From positions 27,342,001 through 27,406,000 of the forward strand of contig JBHGNT010000002.1 in the NCBI GenBank assembly GCA_043228905.1: DNA of 64,000 bases, read 5' to 3'. The DNA is from Azolla caroliniana (Eukaryota > Plantae > Polypodiophyta). Below, in pieces: positions 52,132 through 63,600 of the stretch. The notes below the pieces were generated by a model. It saw only the letters and a list, made by a program, of their open reading frames with translations, was not told where the DNA came from and made no database searches. The stretch's first letter is position 1. Each line of letters starts with the position of its first letter. The position numbers and the translations under genes are program-made.

Positions 52132-53095
52132 CTTCTGCTCTTCTGCCGCCTCCTTCACATCGGGTTCACCAAAGATGTCGAGGTATTCCTCGTGGATGTG
52201 TGGAATGAGGCGGGACCTCGGGGGTCCTGTACCGAAGGGCAAGAGAGAAAGGAGAAGAGACCCACTACGTGCGAGAGTAGATTCACAGGGACACGGCCCT
52301 TCGACACAAAGACGCGAGTGGGACAACGACACAGAGAGACACGAATGTATGTATGTATTAACAAAGACAAACAACAAAACACGAAGTCGGTTACAACCGA
52401 ATAGGCCGGCGAACAGATGCCGATACCTGTTCGTAAACGCACAAAAAGGAAGGAGTAGGTTGGAGGTGCTGCCGGAAGCACTCGGGCATTCCTCAGAGCA
52501 GCGCGAGGCTCCCGAAACCTGCACAGAAGGAAGCTATGGCGTTTGCGAACCAGAGAGAGAGAGAAGCCTTCGCCCACGAACCGACAGCACTTCGTCCTCG
52601 ACTCTCCGCGATCCCTTCACCCCTCCTCGTCTCCCTCCTTTTATAGGCAAGGAAGGAGTCGTTTCCCCTTTACTTCCTACCTACCGAATCTGCCTGCCTA
52701 GGATCTCCTATGTACAACATAAGGCGCACGTGCATGAAGAGCCGGTTCCTACGCTCCGGTGCACCGATTCCGCTTGTGGACGGTTTTCTTCACGACAACG
52801 GGAAGCGTACGAGATCGTGAAGGCACAAATCGAAGCCGAAGAAGGGTCTACTATGGAGACGGGTCGGAGAGGATTGGAGGACGCGGAGGAAGACACCTCC
52901 CTACACACGAAGGATGGGGCCTATGCGGAGGCCGAAAGAGCATACAATGGTGACATGGGAGAGGGTGCGGAGCGAGCTACCCTCTCGTTCTGCAAAAAAA
53001 GGACGGCCACGGATAAGGCCGGGAACTACGGAGGAATGAACACCACTTCGAGAGTGAGCGTAAGTTTCGGGACGCAATTGCCCGAAACATTCTAC

Positions 53096-53540
53096 GAGGA
53101 GGTAGCAAGCATAATCGAGGCTTGCGTAACCGAGGATGAGATAGCCACGGACCACGACGTCCGAACAAAGGTGGCTACAAACATGACATCGGCGAGTGAT
53201 GGTGCTGGGACTTTTCCCACACCTATTCTAGAGACTTCAGCGGTCGGGCCCGAGAGCCCACGTGAGAGTGGAGAGATGGAAGGTGGTGGCGGCAAAGCGG
53301 GCAACCAAGACGAGGATGAGGAGGTAGCAAGCATAATCGAGGCTTGCGTAACCGAGGATGAGATAGCCACGAACCACGACGTCCGAACGAAGGTGGCTAC
53401 GAACATGACATCGGCGAGTGATGGTGTCGGGACTTTTCCCACACCTATTCTAGAGACTTCAGCGGTCGTCCCCGAGAGCCCACGTGAGACCGGAGAGACG
53501 GAAGGTGGAGGCAACGAAGCGGGTGACCGAAACGACGACG
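53096..53540 (+). repeat. In-frame 222-bp (74-codon) tandem duplication inside F
   Basis: EEVASIIEACVTEDEIAT... starts at 53096 and 53318. Confidence 0.92.
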
Positions 53541-56500
53541 AGGAAGGTCATAGCGGACGGAGCAGAGACCCCTCGACACCGAGACCGGAGACTACGATGG
53601 TTGCGCCCGAGTGCGGACATAAGACCGGGGAGATGGGCGGTGGCCATGAGGAGGCATGGCCCGTAGTGGACACATACGAAGAGGATGCGAGGCCCCGAAC
53701 ATGCATCTCCAAAGGTACCGAAGAAGAGGTCGGGAGCGGCAACGAGGAGAGAGTCGGGAACCGACCCGACCGGAAGACGAACCGGTCGGTAATCCGACAC
53801 GACCGGAAGACGACGCAGAAGAAGATTGGAGCGAGGGCCGGTCAATCGGGCCCGAATGGAAGAAGAGCCGGCAAGGCCGGAATTGTTTTGTCGAACCCTT
53901 ACCGGTCGGTTACGATCACGGAAGGGAGCCGACCGAACTGAAACATAATCAATCGGGACCGATACGGGAAAGGGTTATGTCGACATGATTGGAGGTCGAG
54001 GAATATGGGTCACAACACCCAGTGGGAGCCGGTGAGTGTGAGAAGGAAGCCAAGCATGCACGAGGAGTACGACTCGGTGGGAGGCTGAGAGCAAGAGGAG
54101 CCCTCCAGATCTATCCTTGAGACTTTGGTGGTTGCGGATCGACGTAAGACCAAAGAGACGATGGGAGGCGGCGAGGAGTCGGAAGCCAGAGCGGACGAGG
54201 ATACCGGAACGGGTATCCGATACAGAATGACGGACGAGCGGGGCCAAGACGATAAGTCGGAGCCAGAAGGGGCTATGGCAACGAAGGGAGAAGAGGCCAA
54301 CGTGGAGATCAAGACTACGACGGAAGAAGCGTGTAACACGAACCATGCATTACGGCGTAAAGCGAAGCTTGCACTACGGCCGGCGAAGGGCCAAGAAGCA
54401 AGCATGCACCAAGAAGAGCGGCAACGAGTGACCGCAACGGAGGACCAGTCGAGCCTTTGAGAAGCAAGCACGTGGCAAGAGACGGAGCGGTGAGTTGCCA
54501 GGATCGGTGGATGAACGACGAGAGCGGAGGATGGTGCGCGGAGAGTAAAGAGCTACGCACCGGGAAGAAGAAAAGCGGCGTCGCAGAGGACAAGCGAGGC
54601 CAAGCAGGCCAAGAGGATGCGAGTCGGGATGAAGCAGTAATGAGAACCGCAAAGGACCCCACCACAGAGGTCGGGATGACGATACGCTCCACTGCGAGAG
54701 AGCACGGCGAGCAAGGAAGAAACGAGGAGCGCATAATGGGGTCACCTAAGGACCTAAGATCGAGCGCGTACTCGGAGGACGAAATCGATGCACGGGAAGA
54801 GCCTACGGAAGGCAAGCGCGGAACGGAGAGAGACGGCACACCGAGGTGCTCGGGACGAGGAGATGGTCTGACCAAAGGAGGGACACACGCGACATGCGAG
54901 GCGTGGAATCCGGCGTACAACCGGAGTGACTGGGAGCCTTCGAGAGGCAAGCGCGGGACGGAGGACGGCGTGACAAGACGCCAAGATCGACGGAAGGAGA
55001 CGAGCACGATCAACATGAACGAAGGATTGTGTCTAGGGAAACGGAGGAGGTGCGTGGAGAACGGAGGTTCACGCACCGTGAACAGCAAACGGGGCAGTGT
55101 GCGGCCGAGCGGGCCAGGCGGACCAAGAGGGTGTACCTCGGGGCGAAGCGGCAACTTCGGAGGTTGCAGAGGACACTGAAGATGAGAGCATCGACACGGA
55201 TGTCGGGGAAGCAACGTTCCTTTTCGAAAGGGTACGCGGAGCGAAGCGGAGTGTGAGACGTGCGATGTGGCCGCGTAAGGGCCGAGCGATGAGCACGAGA
55301 ATGATCGACGACGAAGCTCAGCGCGTGACAGTGCTGAGTCAATGAAGTGGCCAAGGCAAGACAAGCGTGGACGAAGAACACACAATGCAATATCCAGCAA
55401 ATAGTCGGGAAGAACGAGGATTCGGTCCAAAGTTGCACGTAGAAAACGAAGGAAGCCGACGAATATGGTGGATCGGATGGAGCCGATGGTTCGAGAGCAT
55501 ACGGCGGGGGCAGGTATGGCGGACCGGGAGGCTATGATGGTCCATGTGGAAGGGACGGGCTTGCTCGAAGTGGAAGATGAAGTCGGGCAAGGCTGGCAAG
55601 GACGCTAAGGACACGGTTGATCACCATGGCAGAAAATCTCACCTCTTTCCCCTTCTTGGCACATATCGGTGGATGTGCGGTTTGGTGGGGGCAGATGTCG
55701 TGAAGATTTTCGTCCATATGGGGAAAATCGAGCGGAGTGAGTAAAACCGGGGTGTGCAACGTTGCACACGCACATGATGTATTCATAAATATTAATAAGA
55801 ACAAATGTAAATTGTAAGATTCCTAAAATGTAAATGTGATGTGCACTTATGTGCACATCCACATGAGAAAGAGAGGGGTACATAGGAGTACGAGGTGAGT
55901 AAGGGGCATAGTAGTATGTGTGAGGAGTGGGAGTTAAGGCCCATCAATCCCTCCTCCAAGAATCTAAGCAAATATCCCCCATTCAATGAAGGGGATATTT
56001 AGTCTCTTTTTTGTAACGACTTTCTCTTCTTATGCTATAAAAGGAGAGGAAGGGGCACCATTGAAGGGGTTGCCTATTTTTCAGTAAGAAGAGGTATACC
56101 ACTTAGGTCGAGAGTATCTATTCGGTTTAGGCTTTCCCCATATCTTTCTTTAATTATCCTATTAGGGTTTACATTCTACTTATGTCTTGAGTCTGGCCCA
56201 TGCGGTCATGGTTGTAATCGCATTGAGGCTTCCATGCCCATAATATACATAGCTTCTGGAATCTTGTCTCTTTCTACTTCCTCTATCGTGTTAATCTCTT
56301 CCCCTTTGCTCATACCCGTCTTCCCATCTACTCCCTAGTCCAAGACCCCCGTGGTCCCGCCTTATTCTACACTCATTCGTGAGGATTTCCTCGACAACGG
56401 GACATGCGTAACGAGAAGCACATGCCGAAGTCGTACTAGGCAAAAGCCGCCAACACAACTGTCTACCTAATGAACCGGTGTACAACATTCGACATGCATG

Positions 56501-57588
56501 AGGTTACCCCGCACGAGATGTTTTTCGAAGAGAAGTCGGAACTATCACTTGTTCGGATATTCGGCTCCATTGCATACGTGCACATCCCCGACGAGAAGCG
56601 ACAAAAGATCGACCCGAAGTCAGAGAAATGTATCCTCGTAGGATAAAGGGGTACAAGTGCTATAACCCCTTGACTTGGAAGGTTCGTGTGAGTCGAGATG
56701 TAGTCTTCGACAAATCGACATCATGGTATGAACCAGAGCCGACTCCTCTTGAATCATTTCTAGTCGACCCAGAATCCGTTGAACAAAAGATAGAAGATGG
56801 AGATCGACTTGAACACATGTTCGAAGAAAGTCCAATTATGACAAGGCTTAGTGGGCCACAAGAGCCCCAGAGCAACCAAAGCACATCTCGGCCTAGTCCA
56901 AAGATGGACAAAGGCAAGGGAAAAATGCCAGAGTATGAAGACGATCAATTCGACGGCAACAAATCGACACACTCCCTCGACTCCTGGTGTAAAGAAAGCT
57001 ATTACGATGGCAAACGAAAAACTCTATCGCTCCACCCGTGAGAAGAATCTTGTTAGCCGATTCAACTACAACGATTATATGGCATACCATTATGCCTTTA
57101 TGATGAAGGTGGCAATAGTTCGAGAACAAGAAAGTTTTTCGGAAGCAACCAAGGATCCACAATGGGTCGAAGCAATGAACGAGGAGATGCGGGCATTATG
57201 CAAGAACCAGACATGGGATCTCATTCCCCACTCACCCCACAAGAAGGCAATCAACTGCAGATGGATTTACAAGGTGAAGTATAATGTCGACGACTCCGTC
57301 AACTGCTACAAAGCTCGACTCGTAGTGAAATGATACGCACAAACACATGCAATCGACTATGAAGAGACCTTTGTCCCGGTGGCAAAGATGACGATTATGC
57401 AGACTATAATTGAACTTGCAACGGCGAAAGGGTGGCACCTCCATCAAATGGACGTAAAGAACACCTTTCTTCAAGGCGAATTAGAAGAGGAGGTGTACAT
57501 GGTACAACCACTTGGCTTCGAATCAAGCATCCATCCGAAAGTTGTCTGTCGACAAAAGAAGCCACTCTCAGCCTTAAGCAAGCACCGT

Positions 57589-59465
57589 CGTCGTGAAGGT
57601 TTTCGACAACGGTGTGAAAATTGTGTGCAACGAACGAAATCGAGAAGGTGCAATGTGCACGTGTGAAAGGGGTGAAGGCCACACACATATGCTAGCATGT
57701 TGTAAATAGGACTGAAATGAGAATCGTAAAAGGAAAGCTAGATGTAAAGTTAAACATGTGCACATGTGATGTGCGCTCAATTGTAAATATAAAAATAAGA
57801 CTAAAGCCTAATAACATTTAAGTGCATACATAGGGGTGCCTTGTGATAGTAATACACTCCCCGGCCACAACCGAGACGTCGGATCAATCACAGAAAACAG
57901 GGATGTGGAGAGATGTATCTACACACGAAACAATAAAGAAGAGAGTGCATTGGAGGTTTATATGGAAAACCCAATTATGGGAAAAACCACAGCAACCCTC
58001 AAACTGCAAAATATCACTATATCAAGATTACAACAATGGGGCACAGAGGCAACGACCTCTTGCTCCCTCGCTTCGCCACCAGGCGGTTACAACAGAGGCA
58101 ACAATCTCTTCCTCTCTCGTCCTCTCTCTGTACAGTCGTTACACACACACAAAAAAAAAACAACAACACAACAGAGTTTGCCCTAGGTCATATTTATACT
58201 AATATGACTTTCGGCTATTTACAAAATATAGCCCCAGTGGGCTCTCTAGAACATATTTACATATATGTCCCTTCATCCGGTGAGAGGTTCTCACTGGGCC
58301 TGCAACATCCGGTTCTCACCGGGTCTTCCTTGTCGGGTACTCGTCATCCGGTTCTCACCGGGTCTTCCGTTGCCGGGTACTCCACATCCGGTTCTTACCT
58401 GACGGGAACTCAACGCTCCTTATGCTCAATGCTCGGCCACAACCGAGCTTAGAATATACACAGAAAACGGGAATGAATGCACGACACATAGAAGAGAAGA
58501 GTACACATGATGTTTACGTGGAAAATCCCAAACTAGGGAAAAAACCACGCAGCCCACAGGTTGCAAACTATCACTATGTTAGAATGTACAACAGTGAGTT
58601 AACGGAGGCAACGACCTTGTGCTCACGATCTTCGCCACAGGCGGCGGTTACAACAGAGGCCACGACCTCTTTCTCTCTCTCTCTCTCTCTCTGTACACCA
58701 ACAAGAATAACAAACAACAATTAGTAAAAGTTTGCCCTAAGTCATATTTATACTAATATGACTTTTCGGCTATTTACAAATATAGCCTCGATGGACTCTC
58801 AGAAACATATTTACGAATATGTCTCTTCATCTGGTGAGCATTCCTCACTGGGTCTGCACCATCCGGCTCTCCGTAGCCGGGTACTCCTCATCCGGTTCTC
58901 ACCGGGTCTGCACCATCCGGCTCTCCGTAGCCGGGTACTCCTCATCCGGTTCTCACCGGGTCTGCGCCATCCGGCTCTCCGTAGTCGGGTACTCCTCATC
59001 CGGTTTTGGCCTCGGCCGAGTTTGTTCATCGGCACTGTTCTTCTCTCTTCCCATCCAGAGGGACCTGTCTCCCAACATTACCAGGTCTTCCGTTGTCGGG
59101 TACTCCACATCCGGTTTCGGCCAAGGCCCATTTCCCATCCGGAGGGACCTGTTTCCTAACACCTTGCACCTCCAAGATAGGAAACAATTTAACTTACCAC
59201 TAAAGCCACTACTGAGTACTTTAAATTTTGTATATTTTCTTTTCATATTTAGTATTTTGTACGAAGCAAACATATAGAAACCGTGGGCACAAAACCATGG
59301 TTTTAGCCCATGGTTTTTGCATGGAGAGACCTATAAAAGCCTATAGTTGGGCTTGTGTAAGGAAAGCACAGGATTTAAGTAAAAAAGAAACTTTTAATCA
59401 AAGATCTGAGTTATCCTAATGGTGATGTATCTTGTCTCATAAAACTAAAGTCAAGGGTTTAATCT

Positions 59466-59512
<47 letters not shown>

Positions 59513-59600
59513 AAAGCTCTTTGTAAGTTCACTCCGGCCATCGTTTTCTACGTTCTATAGCTCGTTGGAAAGCTCTTTGAGAGAGCTTTCTAAAGAATGT
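57589..59600 (+). mobile_element. LTR H (F-like terminus); right boundary uncertain; interrupted by 57844-59161 and probably by the LINE
   Basis: CGTCGTGAAGGTTTTCG matches the family terminus TGTCGTGAAGATTTTCG; copia E RT stops here; CTATAAAAG at about 59331. Confidence 0.6.
57844..59161 (-). mobile_element. 1318-bp LTR-like insertion made of two diverged units with 54-bp subrepeats
   Basis: TSD CCTTG; TGATAG...CTAACA ends; CGGCCACAACCGAG and CATATTTATACTAATATGACTTT each occur twice; 3 x 54-bp repeats at about 58851-59006. Confidence 0.72.
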
Positions 59601-59775
59601 TCATTTACTGAATTCCGTTACCGTAGCGAGAAGTTATGAGCATTTTCATCCGCAGCCATCTTTACCCCACGGTTCCTCAAACGGAAGGTAGATTTTGAAG
59701 CCCTAAATCGAGTGAAAGGTACATTCTCTCTCCTTCCCTCTCTGTCTCTCTTTTCCCGTAGGGATTGTCCCTTCA

Positions 59776-60645
59776 ATGGCAAATACTCGTAAAACCGCCG
59801 CAAAGTTTGGGGGTATAATTGATAATGAGCCGAGATCACCAACAAATCTTGATTCTAATGCAATGGACAAAATGCTTATGAGTCACTTGATTTCTCTTCA
59901 AGAAACCATAAACAAGCAAGGTGAAGAGATTAGGACGTTAATGAAAGAGAATACTAAGCTCCAAAGTGTTGTCATTGAGAATGAAAGTCTTAAACAAGTG
60001 GTTGCAAAACTTCAAGAAGAGATTCAAGAATGTAAAAGAGCTTCTTTTGAAACAAATGAACGCCTTAACAAGATTGAGTTAAAGGAAGCATTAAAAGAAG
60101 AAAAATTGGACACGATGAGGCGGGATGTAAGTGAGATGAAAAATGTATGTACAACGAAGTCATGGGCCGATGTATGTGGTGGGGATGTGCTATCAAACTC
60201 ATCTAATATGCATGTGATGCATCAAGAGAAGAATATCGAAAACATAGATGTCCGAGAATTGAAAGAACGTGAACGACGATCAAAGAACATTGTCATCCGT
60301 GGGATTAAAGAAGAGAGTATTGAAACACCCGCATCCCTTGGAAAGGCCATTGGTGAATTTTTTAGCATGCATTATGGGATGTCAGATGTGAATGTATATG
60401 GGGCACACCGAGTTGGGAAACATGGTGTTAGTCGCTCCGGAGAAAGGCCTATTGTATGCACAATGACAGATGATACAAAGCGGCGGATCATACTCGAAAA
60501 TAGTTGGGTATACCTCAAAGGTACACAATGCTTTGTGAGTGAAGATCGTACTATCTCACAACAAAATGCTCGTCGTAGAGCATATGAAGAAAGATTGAAA
60601 AACAAGGTTAAGGATGTGCCTAAAGATGGAAATGTAGGCAAATAG
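59776..60645 (+). CDS. LINE ORF1 (coiled coil plus RRM/CTD-like region), 289 aa
   Basis: Heptad-rich N-terminal half; RRSKNIVIRGIKEE, HRVG, RPIV, VSEDRT motifs; directly upstream of an EN-RT ORF. Confidence 0.85.
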   Translation: MANTRKTAAKFGGIIDNEPRSPTNLDSNAMDKMLMSHLISLQETINKQGEEIRTLMKENTKLQSVVIENESLKQVVAKLQEEIQECKRASFETNERLNKIELKEALKEEKLDTMRRDVSEMKNVCTTKSWADVCGGDVLSNSSNMHVMHQEKNIENIDVRELKERERRSKNIVIRGIKEESIETPASLGKAIGEFFSMHYGMSDVNVYGAHRVGKHGVSRSGERPIVCTMTDDTKRRIILENSWVYLKGTQCFVSEDRTISQQNARRRAYEERLKNKVKDVPKDGNVGK

Positions 60646-60651
60646 GGACAC

Positions 60652-63600
60652 GTGATCTATGAGACTAACCCACGCCTTTTACGACTATGCTTTTGGAATT
60701 GCAATGGATACCCATGGAATGCGGGATTTGGCATAGAGGAGTTCACCGATGACTCGGATATCACACTTCTTGTTGAGACATGGGAGCATGATACTCAAAG
60801 GATTCAAGGTTTAGGAAACTATAATGTACACTCTTTGATATGGAAGAAAAATCCAAGACAAAGAAGAGGACAAGGAGGGGTGGCATGTTTGATTAAGAAG
60901 GAAATAGAGAAATATGTGTCAATCATAAAAAATGATGAAAATAAATGCTACATATGGCTCAAAATAGAAACACCTAATGATTTGCCCACTTTTGTAGTTG
61001 GATGTTACATCCCTCATCAAGATTCTAACTTTTATGCTTGTTTGGATAAAGATCAACCGTTTGCCAATCTAGAAGATGATATTGCTTATTTCAAATCCAA
61101 AGGGGAAGTTATTGTCTTTGGTGACATGAATGCTCGTACAAGAAGTTTCCAACTTGATTCACAAGAATCTTTCATGCCACATATCTCAAGGATGCAAGAG
61201 GATATGCAAATGTATAACCGCTCTTCTAGCGATGAAAAAGATCCGGACCAATTTGGGAAGTTACTCCTACAAATGTGCAATAGTACCGGATTGCTTATTG
61301 CAAATGGTATTTCCTTATGGCCCAACACTAATGGTTTTACATGTAGAAAACACAATGGAAATAGTGTGATTGACTATGTGCTACTTTCCGAATGTATTTT
61401 GGATCGTATACATAAATTCTCACTTGGTGAATGGACACCGGAATCCAATCATAGGCCTTTATGTATCGATCTCAAATGTATGCATAGGTTTGATTGTGAG
61501 AAGGCTATTGAAGATAATAAACAACCGCACTTGAGCATGAACCTTAAGCGAGCACCCATGTATTCCAAGATGGTTGAGGATATGTTACAAATGACAAAAA
61601 TACAACATGGTGCCACACTAGAATGCAAATGGGAAGCTTTCAAGAAAGTCATTCTCTCATGTACAAACAAATGTTTTTCGACCAATCGCACATCTTGGAA
61701 ATGCACCAAGAAACTTAGGAAAAAATGGTTTGATAAAGAATGTCATGAAGCTCGAAAGTGCCTTATGGTTTTGGATGTAGTTAAGGATAAAGAGAATTAC
61801 CAAAAGCATTTGCATGAGTATAAAAGGCTTATTCAAAGAAAGAGAAGAATATGGGAAGTTACTCAACAACTTATCCAAACGCAAGAGAAAGCACATGCAT
61901 GTGCTAAATTTTGGGGAAATCTAAAGGGAAAACGTGTTGAGAGTTATGGTGACTTAACTCTTCACGACTTGTCTATGCATTGTAAGAATTTATATGAGTT
62001 ATCTCTTGCCGGAAAGATGATGTGTTATGGTTCTCTTTCACATATGCCTCCCTTCTTTACAATTGAAGATATATGCATAGGACTTAAGAAATTGGCCTCT
62101 CGAAAGGCAAGCGATCTTCAATGTATAAAGGCTGAAATGCTCAAATGGACGGGAAAGGAAGCACATATATGGATAAGCGATATGTTTAATGATGCATTGC
62201 AACATGGTATGCCGTACGATTGGACTACAAATTGGATCAAACCTTTACATAAAGGTGGAGATATAAATAATGTAAACAACTATCGAATCATCATGGTTGG
62301 CTCATTAATGGCAAAACTATTTGGATGTATAATGGAATCAAAGATAAGTGTATGGGCTGAAAAAAGTGGTAAGAGAGCTTATGGACAAGCTGGCTTTCGG
62401 AAACACCATAGCACCATTGATCACCTTATCACCCTTCGAGTATTAACGGAGGAAAGTCGCCTTAGAGGTAAAGGTTTATATTGTTGCTTTGTAGACTTCA
62501 AGAAAGCTTTTGATATGGTACCTCGTGAGCATCTTTGGAGGCGAATGGAAGAACTTGAGGTGCCAAGTGAATATATGCTTGCAATTTCCCGAATTTATGA
62601 GAAGGTTATATGTTGTGTGCGCATGAGAGATAAACTTTCAGATTTTTTCAAAAGCACTATTGGTGTTAAGCAAGGATGCCCACTCTCACCAACACTATTT
62701 GGTCTATGCATTGATGAATTGGAAGAAATGGTTACCAAGTTTGCAAAGGAAGAATGTGTTGAAGAAGTTGCCATTGGGAATGTTGTGATTATGCTTTTGC
62801 TATATGCAGATGATGTAGTGCTTTTTGCAAATACTTTAGGAGATGCACAAAAGCTTATGAAGGCATTGGAAAAATTTTGCATGCATACTAAATTAAGTGT
62901 CAATAGCTCTAAAACAAAGATTATGCTTGTGAAGAGCCAAAAAAGAGATAAACCATGCATTATGTACAACAATGAGCCACTTGAATGTGTGGAAAGCTTC
63001 AAATATCTTGGCCTTGAAGTTCCTTCAAATCATAGATGGAATGAATGTGCTACACGCCGCTTAGAGGCGGGCAAGCGAGCATACTATGCATTTGAGAACA
63101 CATGCAATCTTGGAGATATTAAGTGTTGGGTCCTCAAGAAATATCTTTTCGACACTTTGGTGACACCGGTTCTTCTCTATGGGGTGGAAGTATGGGGTGG
63201 TAGCATCCCTAAATCTATGTGGAAAGAGTTTGAAAATGTCCAAAAGCATTTTCTTACCAAGTTTCTACAAGTTAAGAAACAAACGCCCTACACCCTCCTC
63301 CTCCTTGAGACGGGATCGCTTCCCATTGAGATCATGGCCATGGAAAGGGTTGTTGAATACATGCTTAAGGTTCAAAAAAGTCCCTCACATCGACTTCCTA
63401 GAATTGCGTGGGAAGCAAGCAAAAAGATCCAAAAGACGCATAAAAGCAAAATTTTGTGTTCCGGTTGGATGCAAGATATAGAAAAATGGTTTGGTAGATG
63501 GGATGCGAGACACTTGCTTCATGATGCATCATTAGATTCCTCTGTAAATGAGGCATTTTTGCAACGCCAATGTATCATGACATGGGACAAATGTGGAGGC

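Larger units (their letters stand above)
45846..52797 (-). mobile_element. Ty3/gypsy element G (Trp-PBS family), full length, 6952 bp, nearly intact
   Basis: 622-bp LTRs 45846-46467 and 52176-52797 (about 12 differences), TSD ACGG, PBS 52155-52171, PPT AGGTGGGGGCGGA. Confidence 0.96.
44624..56396 (+). mobile_element. Non-autonomous LTR element F (Trp PBS, no recognisable pol), interrupted by G
   Basis: 701-bp LTRs 44624-45324 and 55696-56396, TSD ACGG, PBS 45329-45345, PPT GGTGGGGGCAGA; gag-like remnant, then acidic low-complexity coding sequence. Confidence 0.88.
28001..57588 (+). mobile_element. Old Ty1/copia element E, split by nested insertions; 3' end not in the window
   Basis: 5' LTR 28001-28438, PBS TGGTATTAGAGC; pieces 28439-28814, 29223-29526, 37117-37919, 44057-44623 and 56397-57588 are collinear with copia D. 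Confidence 0.88.

Noticed and set aside
51992-53941. 649-aa ORF as a single gene
   Set aside because: Chance read-through from antisense G gag and LTR into the F interior; only the part after 52798 is F's native frame
57605-57620. TCGACA-ACGG-TG as an additional LTR end plus ACGG target
   Set aside because: The segment aligns with the normal first 35 bp of the F-type LTR; treated as coincidence and not counted
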